Source: Octopus sinensis (lineage: Eukaryota). From it: a DNA stretch of 61,150 nt. The first letter of the stretch is position 1. Each line of letters begins with the position of its first letter. The notes under the pieces were generated by a model, which saw nothing but the letters and a program-made list of their open reading frames with translations, was not told the origin of the DNA and searched no databases. The DNA is taken from the NCBI RefSeq assembly GCF_006345805.1, contig NW_021832403.1:1-61150 (forward strand), written 5' to 3'. Both the position numbers and the translations under genes were made by a program. Positions 49,971 to 61,150 of the stretch are shown in pieces.

Positions 49971-50661
49971 AATAGTTTCTTAGTGTAGCTATGTAATAAA
50001 CAGTTTGCTTCCCAACCACATGGTCCAGGGTTCAATCTCACTGCAAGGCACCTTGAGCAAATGTCTTCCACTGGGACCAAAGCCTTGTGAGTGGATTTAG
50101 TAGACGGAAACTGAAAGAAGCCTGCTGTGTATATAAGTTGTGTGCATTGTTATTCATCATCACTTGACAATCGGTGTTAGTTTGTTTACATCCTTGTAAA
50201 TCTATTTCTTTACTACACACAACGGGCTAAACATAGAGGGGACAAACAAGGACAGACATATGCATTAAGTCGATTACATCGACCCCAGTGCGTAGTAACT
50301 GGTACTTAATTTATCGACCCCGAAAAGATGAAAGGCAAAGTCGACCTCGGCGGAATTTGAACTCAGAACGTAATCCCTGCAAAAGAGACTGACAGGACAT
50401 GTACTAGCTTAAAAAAAAAGAACTGCAGGTTGATCTCTTCAACTAAAGCACTCGAAGAGATACTCCAGAATGGCCGCAGTCCAATGACAAACAAACAAAA
50501 GATGGAAAGAATATTGCTACCATATAAGAAGTCTCCTGCATTTAGCTTACACATACAAAAGAGGTAGATTTGGCTGTTATTTCTAGCAGTTTGACTTTCC
50601 GGGTATAGCCTTCGTCTGGTCGTTTATATATATGTGCGTGGTTGCTATGTACACGTATATA

Positions 50662-51385
50662 AGGCGGCGAGCTGGCTGAAACGTTAGCACGCCGGACGTT
50701 CTGAGTTCAAGTTCCGCCAAGGTCGACTTTGTCTTTCATCCTTTCGGGGACGATATAATCGACTTAATACCTATGTCTGTCCCCTCTGTGTTTAGCCCCT
50801 TGTGTGTGTAGTAAAGAAATAGGTATTTCGTCTGTCTTTACGGTCTGAGTTCAAATTCCGTCGAAGACGACTTTGCCTTTCATCCTTTCGGGGTCGATAA
50901 ATTAAGTACCAGTTACGCACTGGAGTCGATGTAATCGACTTAATCCCTTTTTCCGTCCTTGTTTGTCCCCTCTATGTTGAGCCCCTTGTGGGCAATAAAG
51001 AAAAAAGAAACGTTAACACGCAGGGCGAAATGCTTAGCGGTATTTCGTCTGCCGTTACCTTTCTGAGTTCAAATTCCGCCGAGGTCGACTTTACCTTTCA
51101 TCCTTTCGGGGTCGATAAATTAAGTACCAGTTACGCACTGGGGTCGATGTAATCGACGTAATACCTATGACTGTCCTTGTTTGTCCCTCTGTGTTTAGCC
51201 CCTTGTGGGTAGTAAAGAAATAGGTATTTCGTTTGTCTTAACGTTCTGAGTTCAAATTCCGCCGAAGACGACTTTGCCTTTCATCCTTTCGAGGTCGATA
51301 AATTAAGTACCAGTTGCGTACTGAGATCGATCTAATCGATTGGGCCTCTCCCCCAAAATTTCGGGCCTTGCTTCTCAGAGTAGAA
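50662..51385 (+). mobile_element. SINE family D with one head and about 4 tandem bodies
   Basis: Head aaggcggcgagctgg; gagttcaa body start recurs at about 50703, 50847, 51065 and 51248. Confidence 0.8.
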
Positions 51386-51828
51386 AAGTTGTGTCCACGT
51401 ATATAGAATTGTTTATCGCAGGGCAAACCATAACGAAATTTGATCCAACCACGTTAAACCAATTGATTTTCTTTTCCCAGACTGTATCAACGAAACGTGC
51501 CCTTTCCAAAATGTAGAATATGAATCAAGGACGAGGATTTGACTGCTATTTCTAGGACGTCGTGTGGCCGCTTAGTTCCGTATATCGTTGTGGGTGTCTA
51601 CACGCATGTATGTATATGCATCACGTGCGTGTGCGTAGACAGGGAGTCACTTGTTTATAAGTATATATGTCATGTGCGTATTTCTTCGCGTACATCGACA
51701 TCCTCTCGCAGACTGGCACAGTTTTTCCTCGTGGATTCACACACACACACAATTGTGTATACATATATACACAATTATACACAATTGTGTATACATACGT
51801 GTACACAATAGGCGCAGTCATGGCTGTG

Positions 51829-52357
<529 letters not shown>

Positions 52358-53299
52358 ATCATAATCATTATTATAAACTTTTTAATATTTTAGGATGTGA
52401 TTTGACTGCTATTTCTAGCAGTTTGAACGACCTCCTTTTCAAATGGTAGGCGTTGTTTCAAAGTCGGCTTTTGTCCCGTGAAGAGAAGAGAAGAGGTAGG
52501 GGGGGGGGGAGACAGAGAGGCTGTGTTATTGTTTAGCCCAAGGCCAGTCCTGATCCAGATAAACTGTCATGAAAAGCATCTCCAGCCACGACCACTTCGT
52601 CTTTTTTCGTCCTATGCGCGGCCAACCCGAATAACATGGAACGTGTTTTTCTCTGAACAGAATTTGACTGCTGTTTCTAGCAACTCTAGCTACCACGTAG
52701 AAGTTTCCCTCGTTGCTTCATACAACATACCTACGTAATATGTAGGAATCTTCTGCCATTAAATTCTAATATAATTGTAATTTACAGATTCTAAAAGTTA
52801 TTTGCCAAAAACTTCATTGAAAAATATCCTTCTTTTCTGAAAGTTATGAGGAAACAAAGTCGGGAGGGAAGTATGCCCATATATAGATAGATAAGGCGTG
52901 ATTTGAGGGAGATTTAGCTGCTATTTCTACCAAACATATTATGCATAGATAAGACAGTAAGGGTGTGATTTGAGGGAGATTTGGCTGCTATTTTCAGCGA
53001 GAGAAGAAGCAGATTGTGAAGAAAGAGGCAGAGAAATGAGATGAAGTATAAAGGAGTGAATAAGATGAAGACGTTTTTTAGTTTTCCTTCTTCTTCATTG
53101 TTGTAATTTGAGAAACAGATTTGGATGAAAGAAAGAAAGAACCAACGAATACATTTTGTGTGCGTTGCATGTGTGTGTATATATATGTATATATATATGT
53201 GTGAGGGTATATATGTGTGATTAGATGGAACCAAAGGCAAAGTGTTCTACACCCTCATCAACGTCTTGTTTAATGGGGTCAGATGTATATATAGATATA

Positions 53300-53555
53300 T
53301 TTATGGACACAAAGAAACCTTATACACACACACACATATATACACACACAAACACATATATATATATATACACACACACACAAACATATATACACACACA
53401 CACACAAACACATATATATATATACACACAAACACGTATATACACACACACAAACACGTATATACACACACACAAACACGTATATACACACACACACACA
53501 TATATATACACACACACACAAACACATATACACACACACACACACAAACATATAA

Positions 53556-53588
<33 letters not shown>

Positions 53589-53695
53589 CACACACATATA
53601 TATATATACACACACACACAAACACATATATATACACACACACACACAAACATATACACACACACACACATATATACACACATACATATACACAC
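53300..53695. repeat. (CA/TA) mixed microsatellite
   Basis: Direct reading of the sequence. Confidence 0.95.
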
Positions 53696-53810
53696 GGATA
53701 TCAGACCAATCACATTCCCATCCATTTCTATTTGTTTCGCCATACGAAAACCGTCTCAGGTCAAAACTCTTGTTTACACACAAAGTGCGCCAACGGACGA
53801 AACTGTCGAT

Positions 53811-53909
53811 CCCCGAGTCACACCGTGACCTCCACCAATTATTAATAAACAACATCTATATATATTCATATCCTGTAATAATTGGTGGAGGTCACGGTGT
53901 GACTCGGGG
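53811..53909. repeat. perfect 34-bp inverted repeat with 31-nt spacer
   Basis: ccccgagtcacaccgtgacctccaccaattatta (53811-44) pairs exactly with 53876-53909. Confidence 0.95.
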
Positions 53910-54310
53910 GGCCGACAGTTGAAACATTCCTGTCCCATCCTGGGACCTTGAAGACTGCTTTAAAGCAAGAAAGTATATTCGTCCCTTAATATTCGATATT
54001 TAATATTTCATCTATTCAATAAGACAATACTTCATTTCATTTTACTATATACACACACATATATATATATATATATGTACATATATATATGCATGCATAT
54101 ATATATATACACACACATATACATATATACATATACACATATATATACACACATATACATAAACACACATATACATAAACATATATACATATATACATAA
54201 ACATATATACATATACACATACACATATACACATATATAAACATACATATATATACATACATACATATATACTATATACATATATACATATACATACATA
54301 CATACATATA

Positions 54311-54490
54311 TACTATATATATAGTATATATACTATATATATAGTATATATACTATATATTCTATATATATACTATATATTCTATATACATACTATATAT
54401 TCTATATACATACTATATATTCTATATACATACTATATATTCTATATACATACTATATATTCTATATATATACTATATATTCTATATATA
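54311..54490. repeat. 20-bp minisatellite (tactatatattctatataca), about 9 units
   Basis: Direct reading of the sequence. Confidence 0.85.
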
Positions 54491-54710
54491 TAGTATATAT
54501 ATACACATATACATATATTCTATATTCTACATTAATATTTAAAGAATATAAACAAAGCATCAAAAAACAGAGTTGGAATTCCTTTGAACAATATATCTAC
54601 ATATATACACAACCACACAAAAAACCCCTTTTTATTTATATATATACACACACAAGTATATATACATGTGTGTGTGTGTGTGTATACAGAGAGAGAGAGA
54701 GTGCACCTAC

Positions 54711-54833
54711 TTCGTTGTCCGGGACCCAGTTGGGTTCTGGGATGAGAAAGGGGCTGCCGTAGTCGTCCCTCATCGTAACGATCCTCAGTCCGCTCTTGGA
54801 CTTCACCAACCTCTTGTCGCCAGCATTCGCCAT
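54711..54833 (-). CDS. ZFYVE21: ZFYVE21 coding exon 1 (MANAGDKRLVKSKSGLRIVTMRDDYGSPFLIPEPNWVPDNE)
   Basis: ATG at 54833, 41 codons, donor GTAGGT at 54710, phase 0. Resembles the vertebrate ZFYVE21 N-terminus (KKLVRSPSGLRMV..GSPF..EPQWVPDKE) and includes the FYVE WxxD motif. Confidence 0.93.
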
Positions 54834-55010
54834 TTTAGGAGTGTCTGCAGCGGGACGGTGTAACACGAAATGTTGCCACCGAACCGAGAATCGACCGGCA
54901 CCGCCCACTTTGTTATTAACAGTCTTCAAACGACCCTCGCTTACTATGGTTTCAGTATTAAGGTTGCTGTGACGATTTCGGGTTTAAAGTTTGAGTAGGA
55001 TTGCTACGTG
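54834..55010 (-). promoter_or_regulatory. 5'UTR / proximal promoter of ZFYVE21
   Basis: Unique, CpG-richer island directly upstream of the ATG, bounded by microsatellites, with a GC-box-like ccgccc at 54901. Confidence 0.5.
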
Positions 55011-55057
55011 TGTGTCTATGTATGTATATGGGTGTCAGTTTAAATACACACACACAC

Positions 55058-55106
<49 letters not shown>

Positions 55107-55143
55107 TATATAGATAGAAATAGATAGATATAGATAGATATAA

Positions 55144-55200
<57 letters not shown>

Positions 55201-55381
55201 TATGTAGATCGATAGATATATAGATTTAGAGACATAAATATATATATATATATAGATATATATATATATATATATAATATATATAGATATATATATGTAT
55301 ATATATATTGGTAAAAACGGTAAGATAACAAAGAAAGAGATCTCAGAGTTTTATCTTGACTATTGAGTAATTTAACATATT

Positions 55382-55517
<136 letters not shown>

Positions 55518-55604
55518 ATGCGTGTTTCGAAAGTATAAGTACTCGCACGCACGCGTATCAAATACACACCCGTACATATATATACACACACGTGTATAGT
55601 CGAA

Positions 55605-56008
55605 TACTCTTTTACTTGTTTCAGTCATTTAACTGCGGCCATGCTGGAGCACCGCCTTTTAGTCGAGCAAATCGACCCCAGGACTTATTCCTTTGTAAGC
55701 CCAGTACTTATTCTATCGGTTTCTTTTTGCCGAACCGCTAAGTGACGGAGACGTAAACACACCAGCATCGGTTGTCAAGCAATGCTAGGGGGACAAACAC
55801 AGACACACAAACACACACATACATATATATGTATATATATATATATATATATATACGACAGGCTTCTTTCAGTTTCCGTCTACCAAATCCACTCACAAGG
55901 CATTGGTCGGCCCGGGGCTATAGCAGAAGACACTTGCCCAAGGTGCCACGCAGTGGGACTGAACCCAGAACCATGTGGTTGGTTAGCAAGCTACTTACCA
56001 CACAGCCA
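55605..56008 (-). mobile_element. SINE family A copy
   Basis: Near full length. Confidence 0.88.
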
Positions 56009-56486
56009 TGTATATTATTTTATATTATCTATGAGTATTTGCCCGTATGCAACATCTCCTACACAAACACAAACTTAAAAACACACGTACGTTTACACAT
56101 GGAGATAAAGTTGCGCTCACGCAAACACACACACACTTATAAAGAAGGTCACACAAGCATACGCACGCCAAACACGCACCTCCATATTTCAGGTCAGGGC
56201 TAAATCAATTAAATTCGCTTCCAAATAACTTCCTTTTCTTTTAAACTTCGTAGTTGTCGCTGTGTCGCCATTGTTATATTTATTGCTCAGTTTGGCTTCA
56301 AATGCATTTTGCTTCTCTTTCTTCTTTCTATGTGTAATAAAAAGGCGGCGAGCTGGCAGAAATACTTCCCGGGTCGGAGTTCAAATCCCGCCGAGGTCGA
56401 CTTTGCCTTCCATCCTTTCGGGGCACTAGCGTAGCTAGAATGTGTGCCGCCCAGGGCGGCTCTTCTGTTTGTCAACCCCCGGATAC

Positions 56487-56838
56487 ACTTTTACTTGTTT
56501 CAGTCATTTGACTGAGGCCATGCTGGAGCACCGCCTTTAGTCGAGCAAATCGACCCCGGTACTTATTCTTTGTAAGCCCAGTACTTATTCTATCGGTCTC
56601 TTTTGCCGAACCGCTAAGTGACGGGGAGTAAACACACCAGCATCGGTTGTCAAGCAATGCTAGGGGGACAAACACAGACACACAAAATATACACCATACA
56701 CACATATTATATATAATATATACGACAGGCTTCTTTCAGTTTCCGTCTACCAAATCCACTCACAAGGCATTGGTCGGCCCAGGGCTATAGCAGAAGACAC
56801 TTGCCCAAGATGCCATGCAGTGGGACCGAACCCGGAAC
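56487..56838 (-). mobile_element. SINE family A copy, head truncated
   Basis: Tail to gggaccgaacccgg. Confidence 0.85.
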
Positions 56839-57147
56839 CCCTGGACTGTACTGGCGGAACCCTGGTTGAAAACCACTGGCCTACAGCAATAGCCTACAAT
56901 AATAGAATGAAAGTACCGCCCCTACCACTCCACCTCGTCACGTTAGTGTTTCAGGGTGATGAAATAAGTACCCGTCAAGTGCTGGAGATCGATGTGATTG
57001 ACAGGTGTGCTCCGCCCAAATTTCAGGCCTTATAAGTAGAGAGGGAAATTTATGGACAATACAATTGGTTATACAAATTCGTTCCCTGACTGAGCTCGTC
57101 TTACGATTTACTTGTTTTAGAAATCAATTTTTCCCATTGAAATTAAC

Positions 57148-57572
57148 TAGGCGCAGGTGTGGCTGTGTGGTAAGTAGCTTGTTTACCAACCACATGGTTC
57201 CGGGTTCAGTCCCACTGCGTGGCATCTTGGGCAAGTGTCTTCTACTATAGCCTCGGGCCGACCAAAGCCTTGTGAGTGGATTTGGTAGACGGAAACTGAA
57301 AGAAGCCCGTCGTGTATATGTATATATATATATGTATATATATGTGTGTGTGTTTGTGTGTCTGTGTTTGTCCCTCTAGCATTGCTTGACAACCGATGCT
57401 GGTGTGTTTATGTCCCTGATACTTAGTGGTTCGGCAAAAGAGACTGATAGAATAAGTACTGGGCTTACAAAAAAGAATAAGTTCCGGGGTCGAGTTGCTC
57501 GAATAAAGGCGGTGCTCCAGCATGGCCACAGTCAAATGACTGAAACAAGTAAAAGAGTAAAGAGTAAAGAGT
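57148..57572 (+). mobile_element. SINE family A copy
   Basis: Full length. Confidence 0.9.
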
Positions 57573-57733
57573 AAGATATAATTAATCCATTCCAGACCCC
57601 CAAAACCACTCAAAAATAATTTGTTATGGGTTTTAAAACAGAAAAGGTGTAGTTACATGTAAAATGACAATTATGAAAATAAGAGAATGCAAAATAAATA
57701 CGTAAACTGGTTTTATTAACTGAATTACCTTAG

Positions 57734-57953
57734 CCCTTTCATTACTGTATTTCTGTTGAGATGTTCTGTGTTTCTTTCAATTACTTTAAATATAACAAAG
57801 AATTTAGTAAAATAACTTAGTTATCATAAAGCTAGTGTTAGGAACATAAATTGTGACTAAGGTTTGGTGGAAGATTTTAATTCAAAACTTATGTAAACAA
57901 GACATTTTACCACAGAGCCAGAGCCGGTTTTGGTCGGGTTAGTAACAAAAGGG
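57734..57953. mobile_element. monomeric piggyBac-type MITE (same family as the arrays, opposite orientation)
   Basis: CCCTTT...AAAGGG, TSD TTAG/TTAA, no 23-bp spacer. Confidence 0.8.
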
Positions 57954-58199
57954 TTAAAGGTGGGATGATTTGTGTGGTCGTACTTTGGATTTCTATTCGT
58001 ACTTCAAGATAAAAATTCACATGAGTCTTGGCTCCCACAGCAAATTCCTTGTACTGCGAGGTATCACTGTACTTTGGTGGTTGGGTGGGCAGTTTGGAAG
58101 CAGGCATCAGGAAGGGCAGCCTGTTACAAACTAAAGAAGGTCTGGGACTCAAAATTGCCCAGGCAAATCAAAACTAAGCTGTCCAGTGCTGTTAGAATG

Positions 58200-58888
58200 T
58201 CCGCGCCTCAGTAAAGCCCGTAAACAACAGCCTGATCAGCCTGGGTTTGGATCCCGGTCAGCCAAGGCGGGATGCACTTTTTGGAGGGACACAGCTGAGA
58301 TCCCTAGCTGTGTTTCCAATGAATGCCTGCAGATCTACCACATCTTCCGGCACTCCGATGGCTATTAATTCATGAGTGGCTGGTTCAGCAACTCCCTCGA
58401 TGCGTTGAGGTTCCATACGAGCTACAGGTAAGTTGCTGAGCAAGGTACTCCGATATGACCCTTCGCTGTGAGTTTTCGCACAGACACTTGCTTGCGAAGA
58501 CATGTTGGGGCAAGCGAAAGCGAAATCGAATTGAACCAGCCAGGATCCCTGGTCTGGTGGTACGTAAAAAGCACTATCCGACTTGTGGCCGATGCCAGCG
58601 CCGCCTCGACTGGCTTCCGTGCCGGTGGCACAAAAATACACCAATCCGACCGTGGCCGTTGCCAGCCTCACCTGGCACCTGTGCAGGTGGCATGTAAAAA
58701 AAAGCTCCCACTACACTCACGTAGTGGTTGGTTGGCATTAGGAAGGGCATCCAGCTGTAGAAAAATTGCCAGATAAGACTGGAGCCTGGTGCAGCCTCCT
58801 GTCTTCCCAGATCCCCGGTCGAAACGTCAAAACCCATGCTAGCATGGAAAGCAGACGTTAAACGATGATGATGATGATGATGATGATG
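58200..58888 (+). mobile_element. longest family B copy
   Basis: Conserved 3' end and GAT tail. Shares gaagac(c/a)tgttggggcaag with the 13375 copy and extends about 300 bp further 5'; the 5' boundary is uncertain. Confidence 0.55.
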
Positions 58889-59009
58889 ACACTGGTTCTG
58901 AGTCCTGCTACTTCACGACTCAAAGCAGAAATCATTCGTCTAATTTCTGCAACTTCTGTGCTGATGGTCAATTTCTGCTTTAGTTGGGAAGCATCAGGAG
59001 AGGAGGGCA

Positions 59010-59130
59010 TGGTTGGTATTATATGGAAGTGAAACATGGACACTGACAAAGAAATTATCAAACAGGCTAAATGGCTGCTACACAAAGATGCTACAAATGG
59101 GCCTAAATAGGAAATGGAAGCAGCATCTGG
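59010..59130 (+). mobile_element. RTE fragment (upstream part probably at 58120-58200)
   Basis: VLLYGSETWTLTKKLSNRLNGCYTKMLQMGLN; upstream KLKKVWDSKLPRQIKTKL. Confidence 0.7.
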
Positions 59131-59271
59131 CAAAGGAATCCTTCATAGAGACCTGACAAAAGTTAGCAAAAAGATCAGCCAAGACAGCTGTAACCATCTG
59201 GTTAGTGAATGCCCCACCCTAAACTGGAAGCATCCAGGTTAGTCTTGTGGGACTCATTTTATGGTGATATA

Positions 59272-59562
59272 AGGAGTGCAGGAGTGGCTGTGTGGTAAGT
59301 AGCTTGCTAACCAACCACATGGTTCCGGGTTCAGTCCCACTGCGTGGCATCTTGGGCAAGTGTCTTCTGCTATAGCCCCGGGCCGACCAATGCCTTGTGA
59401 GTGGATTTGGTAGACGGAAACTGAAAGAAGCCTGTCGTATATATATATATATATGTATGTGTGTGTATATGTTTGTGTGTCTGTGTTTGTCTCCCTAGCA
59501 TTGCTTGACAACCGATGCTGGTGTGTTTATGTCCCCGTTACTTAGCGGTTCGGCAAAAGAGA
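59272..59562 (+). mobile_element. SINE family A truncated at a junction with family B (59563-59920, minus)
   Basis: ggcaaaagagac joins directly to cagctggatgccc. Confidence 0.82.
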
Positions 59563-60327
59563 CAGCTGGATGCCCTTCCTAATGCCAACCACTCCGAGAG
59601 TGTAGTGGGTGATTTTATGTGCCACCGACACAGGTGCCAGACGAGGCTGGCAGACGGCCACGCTCAGATGGTGTTTTTTATGTGCCACCGACAAGGTGCC
59701 AGACGAGGCTGGCGAACGGCCACGCTCGGAATGGTGTTTTCTTATGTGCCACCGACACAGGTGCCAGACGAGGCTGGCGAACGGCCACGATCGGATGGTG
59801 TTTGTTACGTGCCACCAGCACGGAGGCCACTCAATGCGGTACTGGCTACGGCAACATTCGGATGGTTCTCTTATGTGCCACCGGCACTGGTACCACAAAA
59901 CTACAAATTCCATTGATGTTAACAGTATTTGGCTATTTGATTTATAGTCAATCACCTGCCATCCATGACCATGTGGCGAACACAATTAACACTTTCTTTA
60001 ATAGTGACAGCTGCAGAACGTTCAGACCTTGGGCGAGTTTCACAACTCTCCCTCTGACTCTTAAATTCAGCTGCTCACATTCGTACTGTTGGAAAAACTG
60101 GAGTGCCCATCCCCTAAAGTAGCAACTATGTCAGCAGGAATGTTATGGAGGCTGAAGCCTTTTTCTGCAAGGACTTGATAACATTGCAAAGTCAGATTTT
60201 GTTGATTTTCAAGAGAAATTGCTACTGGTTACTTCTGAAGTCTTCTTTTAATAATGAGATGTCAGTTTACCAGGAAAGAAGCAATGAAATTATCAATAAG
60301 AGGAGTTAAAATTAATACATGCAACAT

Positions 60328-60724
60328 AGGCGCAGGAGTGGCTGTGTGGTAAGTAGCTGGATTACCAACCACACGGTTCCGGGTTCAGTCCCACTGCGTG
60401 GCACCTTGGGAAAGTGTCTTCTACTATAGCCTCGGACCGACCAAAGCCTTGTGAGTGGATTTGGTAGACGGGAACTGAAAGAAGCCTGTCGTATATATGT
60501 GTATATATGTGTGTTTGTGTGTCTGTGTTTGTCCCCCCAACATCGCTTGACAACCAATACTGGTGTGTTTACGTCCCCGTTACTTAGCGGTTCGGCAAAA
60601 GAGACCGATAGAATAAGTACTAGGCTTACAAAGAATAAGTCATGGGGTTGATTTGCTCGACTAAAAGGCGGTGTGCTCCAGCTGGCCGCAGTCAAATGAC
60701 TGAAACAAGTGAAGAGTAAAGAGT
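60328..60724 (+). mobile_element. SINE family A copy
   Basis: Full length. Confidence 0.9.
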
Positions 60725-61150
60725 ATTTCACAGCTTTGACATTATCTTTCGTAGCCTATGAACTTCTCAGCTCATGGTCAACATTTTCTTTCAATGATTT
60801 GAGGCCATAAAATAGAGCAGCAGTGAAATATTAGTGTTGATTTAATATTTCATAAACCATCTTCATTGTCCATGGAATTATAACAGAAGACTGAAGCTAA
60901 TTTTACCTTTCATTGTCAGGAGTGACAAAACATAAAAATTAAATGTGAATGGAATTATAATACAGGACAAAGATAAACTTTGTCTTCCATCTCTTCAGAA
61001 TAGATAAATAAAGTAGCAGTGATATACTGTGCCAGATTTAATATTCCTATAAAACATCCTGGATGTCAATGGAATTATAATAGATGTCTAACACTAACTT
61101 TGCTTTTCATCATTCTGAGGTTGATAATATAGGCGCAGGAGTGGCTGTGT

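Noticed and set aside
56215-56275. ATGGCG start on the minus strand suggesting another first exon or gene
   Set aside because: It stops after 20 codons, with no convincing donor or homology.

Overview
Eukaryotic, AT-rich, microsatellite- and transposon-dense DNA. The repeat families look like those of an octopod (Octopus-like) genome; this is inference from recognition, not a database search. One protein-coding gene is well supported: a ZFYVE21 orthologue on the minus strand. It has 7 coding exons (54833-54711, 34311-34261, 31549-31381, 30131-30044, 20799-20702, 10521-10397, 7461-7420), all introns GT-AG, phases 0,0,1,2,1,0, giving 696 nt / 231 aa over about 47.4 kb. The rest is tRNA-headed SINEs (my working labels A, C, D), a (GAT)n-tailed element with an internal 62-63 bp VNTR (label B), decayed RTE/CR1-L2/Tx1-like LINE fragments, non-autonomous Helitron-like elements, piggyBac derivatives, mariner debris and simple repeats. 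I found no prokaryote-style novel system. The most unusual structures are: a 4-unit piggyBac-MITE array that sits as one block in a TTAA site and shares a 23-bp spacer with a second array 14 kb away; a Helitron-like element exactly bracketed by 155-bp direct repeats; a 7x157-bp array that looks like amplified Helitron 5' ends; SINEs with one head and two alternative tails; and several perfect or near-perfect hairpins inside the pre-mRNA. Exon and hairpin coordinates were counted by hand; most repeat boundaries are approximate (about 10-20 bp).
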